In this document: positions 19,407 to 27,305 of the stretch, in pieces
Layout: each line of letters starts with the position of its first letter
Numbering within the stretch: the stretch's first letter is position 1
From: Abditibacteriaceae bacterium
GTDB taxonomy: Bacteria; Armatimonadota; Abditibacteriia; Abditibacteriales; Abditibacteriaceae
Reading direction: 5' to 3'
Assembly (NCBI GenBank): GCA_031372065.1
Contig: JANMKN010000308.1
Coordinates: 1 to 60,172, forward strand
DNA: 60,172 bases
Translations under genes and position numbers: made by a program
The notes under the pieces: model-generated
What the model saw: only the letters and a program-made list of their open reading frames with translations
Told to the model about the DNA's origin: nothing
Database searches by the model: none

Positions 19407-21536
19407 TCACTTGGCCCAGATGGATTTTAATTCGTGCGCGTCCAGTTGCGAAAACGTCGCAGCGCCGCCTTCAACAGCGACAGCGACACCTAAATCTTCG
19501 GCCTTGGGAATAACGGGTAGCGGCATATAAGTCAGGCCATCAGAGGCAAAAACTTCAAACGCGGTGCGATCTGTGTAGATAATCAGCGTTTGTTTGCCGT
19601 CGCGCAATGGCGCCGGGGCAACATGGCCGCTAACGGAAATTTCCTGCTTCGTCGCGTCGTAAATAATCGGCACGCCGCGCACATTGAAGCGCACGATTTT
19701 GGCGTCGCCGGGTTTGAAGGTGGCGCGAATTTCGAGCAGTTCGTTTTTGACTTGCGATAGCGGATTTTGCGCGCCCGGCGCCAGCGAAATCGGGCCGACT
19801 TTATACGATTTTTGGCGCAGCGTTTCCAATTCGCGCGCCGGTTGATAACGCAAACGTGGGCCATCAAGTGTAGAAACTAAAGTCAATTCCAACGGCAGCG
19901 ACATCGCTTGATTAAACGCCATATTTGGTGAGGGCGCTTGCAGCCAACCGATTTGAAGGCGCCGTCCATCGGGCGCGTCGCTGAAGGTTTGCGCCGCGTA
20001 AAAACCGCGTCCGCGTTGGCCGGACAGTTTTGCAATTTCCGGCGTGAAAGTGGCGCCGTCAAAAGTGCCGATAGCGTATTCAGAGTTAGCTGCGGTGAGA
20101 ATCCATTTCTTATTGTTGGCATTGCCATCAACAGGCAATTCGAAAAAATCGGGGCATTCAAACAGGTAATTAGTGCCTTTGAGGCCTTCGGCGACGCTGA
20201 CTTTTTTCCACTCGCGTAAATTCGGCGAGGTAAAAAAATGAACGGTATGCGCGCCGTCTTTTTCGACGTAAAGCGTCATCACCCATTGCTTTGTTGGCTC
20301 GTGCCAAATAACTTTCGGGTCGCGGTTGCCGCCGGTGATATTTGGCACGACGGGATTGCCTTCGTGTTTTGCAAACGTGCGCCCATCGTTGCTATAAGCC
20401 ACGCCTTGCGTGAACGGATTGCCCGCTGCGGTGTAAAACAAAACGAGCGGCGCTTTGCCGCCTTTGCCAAAACCGCTGCTGTTTTTCCAATCTACGACGG
20501 CGCTGCCACTAAACATGGTGCCGGAATCATCGGGATAAAGCGCCTCGCCGTGTTCGGTCCAATGCAACAAATCGGGGCTGGTGGCGTGGCCCCAGTGCAT
20601 ATTGCCCCAGTTCCAGCCGTAGGGGTTATGCTGAAAAAACAAGTGCCATTCGCCGTTGTAAAACGACAGGCCATTCGGGTCGTTGAGCCAGCCGCGTCGC
20701 GCCGAAAAATGCAGTTGCGGGCGCAGTTTTTCATCGTAAGTCGTGATGAATTCGTCGCTTTGATTTATCAATTCCAACGCGCGCGAATTGGCGGGCAATT
20801 TATCAGTTTGAACGATGATTTTTTGCCCTTGCCACGCGCTAATGTCGAGCGGCGCCAGCCAATCGGCAGTTTCATCGGCCAATTCAATATCGAACTCTCG
20901 CACGGCTTTGCCATCCCTGAAAATCGTCACCTTGCGTTTGTCGCCACCGTTTTTGACGGGCAACTGCAAAAAGCGATTTTTCGCTTCGATTTCGCGTTTC
21001 GCATTGAGCGTTGGCAACGCCGGTTTGTCGTCGGTAAAAACAATTTCATCCACGTTGATATGTCCCCATCCGCCGGTTGCAGTGTCCACAATCTCCAGAT
21101 GCGCGGTTTTGCCCGCCAAATCCTTTACATCCCAAAAAGAGAATTCTAATTTTTCGCTGCCGCCCGCAGCGGTATTCGGGCCTGTCGCGGTGCGCACCGT
21201 TTTGCCGTCAACAATTAAATTCAGACAGGTTTGATTGGCATAGCCGCCACCGCCGATGAGAAACGAAATGTTATTTCGCTGGATTTTAAAATCGGGCGAA
21301 ATCAGCTTGCCGGTGGGTGCGTCGCCGCCGTTAAAACTGTTGACCAAACCGCGCCCTTGAAAGCCGTCAACGTGCATTTGCCCCGCTAAAGTGCCGCGTG
21401 CGGGCGCTTTGCCAAAAGCGGTGCCTTCGCTTTTCCACGCGCCATAATCATCGCCCTCAAAATCGGCAAAGCGAATATCATTGGGCGCCGCAAAAGCCGC
21501 GCTGCTCACGAGCAAAAGGGGAATCAAAAGGCGCAT
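19407..21536 (-). CDS. GH32 levanase/beta-fructosidase with N-terminal extra domain
   Basis: WLNDPNG, WGHATS, FSGSAV, RDPKV, ECPDF. Confidence 0.92.
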   Translation of the reverse strand: MRLLIPLLLVSSAAFAAPNDIRFADFEGDDYGAWKSEGTAFGKAPARGTLAGQMHVDGFQGRGLVNSFNGGDAPTGKLISPDFKIQRNNISFLIGGGGYANQTCLNLIVDGKTVRTATGPNTAAGGSEKLEFSFWDVKDLAGKTAHLEIVDTATGGWGHINVDEIVFTDDKPALPTLNAKREIEAKNRFLQLPVKNGGDKRKVTIFRDGKAVREFDIELADETADWLAPLDISAWQGQKIIVQTDKLPANSRALELINQSDEFITTYDEKLRPQLHFSARRGWLNDPNGLSFYNGEWHLFFQHNPYGWNWGNMHWGHATSPDLLHWTEHGEALYPDDSGTMFSGSAVVDWKNSSGFGKGGKAPLVLFYTAAGNPFTQGVAYSNDGRTFAKHEGNPVVPNITGGNRDPKVIWHEPTKQWVMTLYVEKDGAHTVHFFTSPNLREWKKVSVAEGLKGTNYLFECPDFFELPVDGNANNKKWILTAANSEYAIGTFDGATFTPEIAKLSGQRGRGFYAAQTFSDAPDGRRLQIGWLQAPSPNMAFNQAMSLPLELTLVSTLDGPRLRYQPARELETLRQKSYKVGPISLAPGAQNPLSQVKNELLEIRATFKPGDAKIVRFNVRGVPIIYDATKQEISVSGHVAPAPLRDGKQTLIIYTDRTAFEVFASDGLTYMPLPVIPKAEDLGVAVAVEGGAATFSQLDAHELKSIWAK

Positions 21537-21669
21537 AAAACTCCTTGGTAAGTTAAGGGCACAGTATGCCCGCAAAATCAAAGGTGAACCATAAATTAGT
21601 CATCTTGCAACATCATTTCCGGCTTTTTACATCCCCAAAAGAGTGTGATTTGTTGGCCTTATGAGCCTG

Positions 21670-21837
21670 CGAGATACGATCTCAGCATCTCAAGATCGTA
21701 TCTTGACCTTCCGAGATCGCATCTTGAGGTAGCGAAATGCTAATTTGCCACTCCGAGATATGATCTTGAGGTGTCGAGATGCTATCTTGAGGTGCCGAGA
21801 TACGATCTTGAGGCATCGAGATGCTATCTTGAGCCTC
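21670..21837. repeat. 21-bp period palindromic array C (8 units, C[G/A]AGAT-N3-ATCTTG-N6)
   Basis: Units at exactly 21670,21691,21712,21733,21754,21775,21796,21817. Confidence 0.92.
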
Positions 21838-21847
21838 ATTTTGTCCC

Positions 21848-21876
21848 TTGACGGCAGGAAAAGTTGGATTCAAAAT
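21848..21876 (+). promoter_or_regulatory. Putative sigma70 promoter of the 21937 gene
   Basis: TTGACG-17 bp-CAAAAT; followed by aagaggcgcc direct repeat at 21881 and 21901. Confidence 0.5.
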
Positions 21877-21936
21877 AAAAAAGAGGCGCCTTGAAAGACG
21901 AAGAGGCGCCCACTTTACGCAAGGAGAGAAATTGTT

Positions 21937-22302
21937 ATGACACCGGATGAAAGCAAGCCATTGGCGCCGTCTGTGGTGAAGCGGGACTTGGACACAGTGA
22001 CCGCGTTAGCCACCATTACGGACTACGACCCCGGCGATGAAACCGAAGTCTCGCTCGCTGCGATGCAGCAAACAGCCACCCAACTTACGCAGGACGAGGC
22101 CGACGAATTGCGTAAATTCAAAGCATGGCAAGCGGCCCGCGATAAAACAGTCGCGACGCAATGGAAACTGCACAAAGGCTCCTTGCGCGTCAAGGAAAAG
22201 GTCATAGGGCAGTTCGGCGGAAGCTCCGACGAGGCGCAAACCATCGGCCTCAAAAAGAAGTCCGAGCGCAAAAAGCCCGGCCCCAAAAAGCCGACTCCCT
22301 AA
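21937..22302 (+). CDS. Hypothetical helical protein with basic C-terminal tail
   Basis: AAGGAG RBS, own terminator, ends GQFGGSSDEAQTIGLKKKSERKKPGPKKPTP. Confidence 0.8.
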   Translation: MTPDESKPLAPSVVKRDLDTVTALATITDYDPGDETEVSLAAMQQTATQLTQDEADELRKFKAWQAARDKTVATQWKLHKGSLRVKEKVIGQFGGSSDEAQTIGLKKKSERKKPGPKKPTP

Positions 22303-22336
22303 ATCGCGCCCCGCAACACAAAAGCCGTTCCAAAAA

Positions 22337-22358
22337 GCCCCGTTCGCGGGGCTTTTTG
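22337..22358. terminator. Bidirectional intrinsic terminator
   Basis: aaaaagccccg-ttcg-cggggcttttt hairpin (spans about 22332-22357) between convergent genes. Confidence 0.75.
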
Positions 22359-22398
22359 TTATGTCTGGGGCGCTTACTACTTCATGGCCCACTATTTG

Positions 22399-22719
22399 TC
22401 ACTTTTGAATGTCAGTAATGGGACGTAGCCTAACAAGAAAGAGTAAGAAAAGAGCGTGTAGGAGTATAAAAGAAAGGGCCAATAATTCGCCTCCAACCAA
22501 GCCATACTTGTTCATAACAGAACCTAATGTCCATCCATAGATTGTCGCCATAGTTACACTGAAGCACCCATAATCCTCCTTCGCGATTGATGAAAGTTCA
22601 CCACAACGCCGACAAAGGTAAGCCGCCCTTTTTTTCTGGTCGCCTTTTTTGCGAAAGAAGAAACCCGTGATGTTGCAATTAGCCCCACAGTGGGGGCATT
22701 TATTTATCAATCCGCTCAC
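22399..22719 (-). CDS. Hypothetical zinc-ribbon membrane protein (cassette 3)
   Basis: CPHC...CRRC then two hydrophobic segments; AT-rich. Confidence 0.55.
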   Translation of the reverse strand: MSGLINKCPHCGANCNITGFFFRKKGDQKKRAAYLCRRCGELSSIAKEDYGCFSVTMATIYGWTLGSVMNKYGLVGGELLALSFILLHALFLLFLVRLRPITDIQK

Positions 22720-22762
22720 CTCTCATGCTACTTTGTAATTTAACGCTAAGACTCTGGCGCGT

Positions 22763-22829
22763 CCATTTGTCGGCGGTTTCTTCGATGATTTTGGCGGTGG
22801 GTTTGCCTGCGCCGTGGCCCGCTTTAGTT
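22763..22829 (-). repeat. Copy 3 of the prolyl oligopeptidase 3' region
   Basis: Matches 24322-24388 with 2 mismatches in 67 bp; encodes TKAGHGAGKPTAKIIEETADKW. Confidence 0.95.
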
Positions 22830-22835
22830 ATGAAC

Positions 22836-23168
22836 TTATCCCAGCAGCGTGATGGCTTTAGCCAAGACTTGCGCGGTAATTTCATCGGGTAATTTGCATA
22901 TAAAAGCGGCATCTCTGGCTTGCCAATCCAAACTCTTGATTTGGTCTGAAAGAATCGTGCCTGTGACCGCCAAGCCGTCAGGAATATTAACCTCAAACGG
23001 ATAACCTTTGACTTTGTTGGTGACAGGACAAAGTAACGCTAAGCCCACTTTTCGATTATAAGATGCCGGGGAAAGCACAAAGGCTGGACGTTTGCCCGCT
23101 TGTTCGTGTCCGGCTTGGGGATTAAAGTTGAGCCATATGACATCGCCGCGATCAGGAACATAGGCCAT
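22836..23168 (-). CDS. mazF: MazF/PemK endoribonuclease toxin
   Basis: YVPDRGDVIWLNFNPQAGHEQAGKRPA, CPVT, DQIKSLDW. Confidence 0.95.
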   Translation of the reverse strand: MAYVPDRGDVIWLNFNPQAGHEQAGKRPAFVLSPASYNRKVGLALLCPVTNKVKGYPFEVNIPDGLAVTGTILSDQIKSLDWQARDAAFICKLPDEITAQVLAKAITLLG

Positions 23169-23172
23169 AAAA

Positions 23173-23415
23173 CTACCACGCTTCCTTGCCGGTTGATATT
23201 CCGGTTTCTGTTTCGCTGTGCAGATTTTCAGAAGTAACGCCTTCGAGCAACTGAGCTAAAGTCATTTCGGGCTGTGGCACGGCAAACAAAATGATTTTGC
23301 CATCCTCAACCGACATTTCGACAACGGAGTTTTGCCCTAACTGCGATTGAGTAGCCAATGATTTTGGAATGCGGATGGCCAGACTGTTACCCCATTTTTG
23401 AACGCGAGCTTGCAT
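23173..23415 (-). CDS. mazE: MazE/AbrB antitoxin
   Basis: VQKWGNSLAIRIPK, TLAQLL..VT.ENLH.E...G.EAW; RBS before ATG 23415, TATAAT at 23444-23449. Confidence 0.93.
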   Translation of the reverse strand: MQARVQKWGNSLAIRIPKSLATQSQLGQNSVVEMSVEDGKIILFAVPQPEMTLAQLLEGVTSENLHSETETGISTGKEAW

Positions 23416-23472
23416 AAAGCCTTTCCTTTTGTTTCTACTTTGATTATACAAAGCCGTTAAACATTTTAGCCT

Positions 23473-23552
23473 TTATTTCCCCCCAAATTCCACGCTCAAA
23501 TTCGCCATGACAAAGGCCCATTTATGGGCGGTTTCTTCGATGATTTTAGCGG
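23473..23552 (-). repeat. Copy 2 of the prolyl oligopeptidase 3' end, with its own stop codon
   Basis: 23484-23552 matches 24288-24356 with 4 mismatches in 69 bp; reads AKIIEETAHKWAFVMANLSVEFGGK-stop. Confidence 0.95.
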
Positions 23553-23564
23553 ACGCGCGGCGGT

Positions 23565-23753
23565 TCAGGCCGCTTTGCGTTGCGGGCGCGGTTTGGTGTG
23601 TTGGTTTTGGTCTGCGGGTTTGTTGTTGTCGGTGGCTGGGCGATCCAACGCGCCGGAGGTAATCAATTCCTCGATTTTTTCGGCGTTTTCACGCTGGAAT
23701 CTTTCTATCGCCTCTGGGGTATGAGCGTTGCCAAAAACCATTTTGGTTTTCAT
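23565..23753 (-). CDS. Small hypothetical protein (cassette 1, second gene)
   Basis: ATGA overlap with upstream gene, AGGAGG RBS. Confidence 0.6.
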   Translation of the reverse strand: MKTKMVFGNAHTPEAIERFQRENAEKIEELITSGALDRPATDNNKPADQNQHTKPRPQRKAA

Positions 23754-24280
23754 GTTAATTCCTCCTGACGTGCGTCCACGCCGTAGTAACGAGCCATCTG
23801 CGCGTTAGTTTCGCTCAATAGCGTATTCTGTGCGCTTTCGGAGAGGTGCTGGAAACCTTGAGTGTGGCCGACAGCGCGGCGTGCTCGCTCAAGCATTGCC
23901 TGAAATCGTAAAAACGTTAGCTTCGGCGCCTCGCCGGAAGGCAAATTCCAGCCCGCCGGTTTTTCGATGCGATGCTCGTGCCGGGGAGTCACGACTATCA
24001 TTTCCTGCAAAGCAGGTTGATGAAGGAAGTTTTGCCAATCATCCGCGCCGGGTGGCATATCGTTGCGATGGTTGTGCAAAACAGCTACATTGGTCGATTC
24101 TGCCAAATCTACCTCAAATGTAATCTCGTCCGGGGCACTTGGAGGTGCTTCCTGATAATCCAACTGTTCGCCTGTGTCTCTGTCAAGCAAAAAGCCCACT
24201 TCAATCTGGCCCGCAAGGGCGGTTTCCTTCAAATGCCGAATTGCCTTGGTCTGGGCAGGGAAGTAGCTTTTGATATTCAT
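23750..24280 (-). CDS. Hypothetical protein with JAB/MPN-like motif (cassette 1, first gene)
   Basis: ATG 24280 overlaps POP stop (ATGA); IEVGFLLD...LHNHRNDMPPGADD resembles E...HxH-x7-S-x2-D. Confidence 0.6.
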   Translation of the reverse strand: MNIKSYFPAQTKAIRHLKETALAGQIEVGFLLDRDTGEQLDYQEAPPSAPDEITFEVDLAESTNVAVLHNHRNDMPPGADDWQNFLHQPALQEMIVVTPRHEHRIEKPAGWNLPSGEAPKLTFLRFQAMLERARRAVGHTQGFQHLSESAQNTLLSETNAQMARYYGVDARQEELT

Positions 24281-26406
24281 CGCGCCGCAAATTCCACGCT
24301 CAAATTCGCCATGACGAAGGCCCATTTGTCGGCGGTTTCTTCGATGATTTTGGCGGTGGGTTTGCCCGCGCCGTGGCCCGCTTTGGTTTCGATGCGAATG
24401 AGAACGGGCGCGGGGCCGCTTTGCGCGGTTTGCAGCGCGGCGGCGTATTTGAAGGAATGCGCAGGCACCACGCGGTCATCGTGGTCGCCGGTGGTAACAA
24501 GCGTGGCGGGATATTTGGCGCCGGTTTTGATATTGTGCAGCGGCGAATACGCGTAGAGCGATTTGAACTGCGCCGCGTCGTCGCTGGAGCCATAATCGTA
24601 AACCCACGCCGAGCCGATGGTGAATTTGTGAAAACGCAGCATATCCATCACGCCGACAGCGGGCAACGCGACGGCGAAAAGGTCGGGGCGCTGATTGGTA
24701 ACGGCACCGATGAGCAGACCACCATTGGAACCGCCCGCGATGGCTAATTTTTGCGGCGAGGTATATTTTTCGCGGATGAGAAATTCCGCCGCGCCGATGA
24801 AATCGTCGAAGACGTTTTGCTTGTTTTCCTTTGTCCCGGCTTTGTGCCACGCTTCGCCGAATTCTCCGCCGCCGCGCAGATTCGGCACGGCTAAAACGCC
24901 GCCCGCTTCGAGCCACGGCACCATCGTAATCGAAAACGCGGGCGTCAGCGAAATGTTAAAACCGCCGTAGCCGGTCAGATAAACCGGATTTTTGCCGTCG
25001 CGTTTTAGGTCTTTGCGGTGTGTGAGAAACATCGGCACGCGCGTGCCATCTTTACTGGTAAACCACACTTGCTCGGAGGTGTAAGGCGAATTATCGAATT
25101 GAATTTCCGAGCGCCGAAAAAGGCTGTTCTCGCCGCTTTTCACAGCATAGCGAAAAGTCAGCGACGGCTCCAAATACGAAGTAAAGGTGTAGAAAAATTC
25201 GCTGTCATAGCGATTGCCGCCCACGCCGCCGACACTGCCTAAACCGGGCAGCGGCAGTTCTTTGATAAATTGGCCCTGCAAATCGTAGAAATGCACTACG
25301 CTGTGCGCGTTATGCAAATACGTCGCGATGAATTGATTGCCGGCCAACGACACGCTTTGCAAGGTGTCTTCGCTTTCGGGAATGAGGGTTTTCCAATTTT
25401 CGCGCGCCGGTTTTTTGGTATCAATGGCAATGACGCGCCCTCGCGGCGCGGCGGCATCGGTCTTCACATAAAACGTCGCGGCGTCGTTACCGATAACACC
25501 GTAATCGGCTTCAAATTCGTCAATCAGTTTCACAACTGGCGCGCTAAAATCGGGCTGCGTTGCGTCGCGTAAATCCATGTAATACAAGCGGTTTTTCGGG
25601 CCGCTTTTGCTCAGATAAATCAAAGCGTAGCGGCCATCTTCGGTGACATGAGCGCTCATGAGCCATTCGGGTTCGTCGGGGCGCTCATAGATTAATCTGT
25701 CTTCGTTTTGTTTCGTGCCAGTGCGATGATAGAAAATGCGATGGTTCAAATTAGCGGCTTGCAAAGCGGTGCCTTCAACGGGCGCATCATAGCGCGAATA
25801 AAAGAATCCGCGATTGTCTTTTGTCCACGATAGGTCGGAAAACTTAACCCAATTCAACACATCTGGGGCATCTTGCGCATTCTCTACCGAGCGCAAATGA
25901 ATTTCCTGCCAGTCCGAGCCGCCACGCGAAATGCCATAAGCCAATTGCTTGCCGTCATCCGAAATCGCAAGGCCACTGAGTGCCACGGTGCCATCTGTCG
26001 AAAGCGCGTTCGGGTCAAGCAGCACACGCGCCGGAGCCGTTAAATTATCCTGCACCATCAATACCGATTGGTTTTGTAAGCCGCTGTTTTGATAATGAAA
26101 ATAGCGCCCGCCTTCTTTGAAGGGCGCGCCGAATTTCGGGTAATCCCAAATTTTCGTGAGCCGTTCAATCAGCGGCGCACGTTGCGGCAAGGCGCGCAAG
26201 TAATCGAAGGTGACGGCATTTTCGGCCTCAATCCACGCCGCCGTTGCGGGCGAATTGGCATCTTCGAGCCAGCGATATGGATCGGCGACTTGGACGCCAT
26301 GATAATCATCGGTTTGCGCGCCTTGCGCAGTTTTGGGATACGAAATCGGCGCTGAAAAAGCTGAATTTGTCATAAGAAGCAGGGAAATAACGGGAAGCAT
26401 CCGCAT
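24277..26406 (-). CDS. Prolyl oligopeptidase (S9A)
   Basis: DPYRWLED, NLRGGGEFG, GGSNGGLL, DHDDRV, AGHG; start uncertain (26406-26487). Confidence 0.95.
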   Translation of the reverse strand: MRMLPVISLLLMTNSAFSAPISYPKTAQGAQTDDYHGVQVADPYRWLEDANSPATAAWIEAENAVTFDYLRALPQRAPLIERLTKIWDYPKFGAPFKEGGRYFHYQNSGLQNQSVLMVQDNLTAPARVLLDPNALSTDGTVALSGLAISDDGKQLAYGISRGGSDWQEIHLRSVENAQDAPDVLNWVKFSDLSWTKDNRGFFYSRYDAPVEGTALQAANLNHRIFYHRTGTKQNEDRLIYERPDEPEWLMSAHVTEDGRYALIYLSKSGPKNRLYYMDLRDATQPDFSAPVVKLIDEFEADYGVIGNDAATFYVKTDAAAPRGRVIAIDTKKPARENWKTLIPESEDTLQSVSLAGNQFIATYLHNAHSVVHFYDLQGQFIKELPLPGLGSVGGVGGNRYDSEFFYTFTSYLEPSLTFRYAVKSGENSLFRRSEIQFDNSPYTSEQVWFTSKDGTRVPMFLTHRKDLKRDGKNPVYLTGYGGFNISLTPAFSITMVPWLEAGGVLAVPNLRGGGEFGEAWHKAGTKENKQNVFDDFIGAAEFLIREKYTSPQKLAIAGGSNGGLLIGAVTNQRPDLFAVALPAVGVMDMLRFHKFTIGSAWVYDYGSSDDAAQFKSLYAYSPLHNIKTGAKYPATLVTTGDHDDRVVPAHSFKYAAALQTAQSGPAPVLIRIETKAGHGAGKPTAKIIEETADKWAFVMANLSVEFAAR

Positions 26407-26489
26407 TACGCGAAGTTTAGCAGTCGGCGCGTCGAATCGCGTTCTGAGAAGTCGAAAGATTCGCTCAGACGAACTTACAAGGGACAAAA

Positions 26490-27188
26490 ATGAAACGACG
26501 ATTACTTCTGCTAATGTTGGCCGCCTCCGTGAGCCACTATGCGCTGGCGCAAGAACCCGGCGCAGCCAAAGCCACGCCCAAAGCCGACCCGATGAAACCT
26601 ATCGAAGATGTGCCCGGCTTGCCGCGCGTGCTGCTTATCGGCGATTCGATTTCCATTGGCTACACCCTGCCCGTGCGCGCCTTATTGAAAGACAAAGCCA
26701 ATGTGCATCGCATTCTCACCAACGGCGCGGCGACCAAAGACGGCCTTGCCAAACTGAAAACATGGCTCGGCGAATCGAAGTGGGATGTGATTCATTTCAA
26801 CTGGGGCCTGCACGACATTAAATTCGTGAAAGACCAGCAAAATGTGCCGCTCGCCGATTATGAAAAGAACCTGCGCGAACTGGTGGCGCAGCTCAAAGCT
26901 ACCAATGCAAAACTGATCTGGTGCAGCACTACGCCGGTGCCCGACGCCAAGCAAAACCCGATGCGCAAAACTGCGGATGTCATTGAATACAACGCTGTCG
27001 CCAAGAAAATTATGGACGAAAACGGCGTGGCGATTGATGATCTTTACGCTTTTGCCCTGCCGCAAATTGAAAAAATTCAATTGAAAGCCAATGTGCATTA
27101 CACGCCGAAGGGCTACGACGAATTGGCAAAGCAGGTCGCCCAAAGCATCGAAGCGACTTTGCCAGCGAAAAGACTGGCTAACAATTAG
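26490..27188 (+). CDS. SGNH/GDSL hydrolase
   Basis: IGDSIS, FNWGLHD, NVHY; signal peptide. Confidence 0.88.
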   Translation: MKRRLLLLMLAASVSHYALAQEPGAAKATPKADPMKPIEDVPGLPRVLLIGDSISIGYTLPVRALLKDKANVHRILTNGAATKDGLAKLKTWLGESKWDVIHFNWGLHDIKFVKDQQNVPLADYEKNLRELVAQLKATNAKLIWCSTTPVPDAKQNPMRKTADVIEYNAVAKKIMDENGVAIDDLYAFALPQIEKIQLKANVHYTPKGYDELAKQVAQSIEATLPAKRLANN

Positions 27189-27305
27189 CCGCTATGCCTT
27201 CGGCAACGCGAAAAAATGAGAAAACGACGCAATTTTTAATAAAATTGCGTCGTCGGGTGCCCTTTGGGCAGGGCGAAATGAAATTTGCGGCTTTTAGCGG
27301 CTATT

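Noticed and set aside
21682..21873. Heptapeptide-repeat ORFs over arrays (also 7293-7680, 16541-16786, 33228-33473, 44117-44479)
   Set aside because: Open frames are an expected by-product of stop-free repeats; no convincing RBS; translation not fully excluded
22700..22996. 98-aa ORF in the track
   Set aside because: Chimera of an alternate mazF frame and the duplicated POP end
22399..24280. Classical integron
   Set aside because: No intI and no attC-like palindromes; boundaries are copies of coding sequence
22763..24388. Diversity-generating retroelement TR/VR pair
   Set aside because: Mismatches are not adenine-specific and there is no reverse transcriptase
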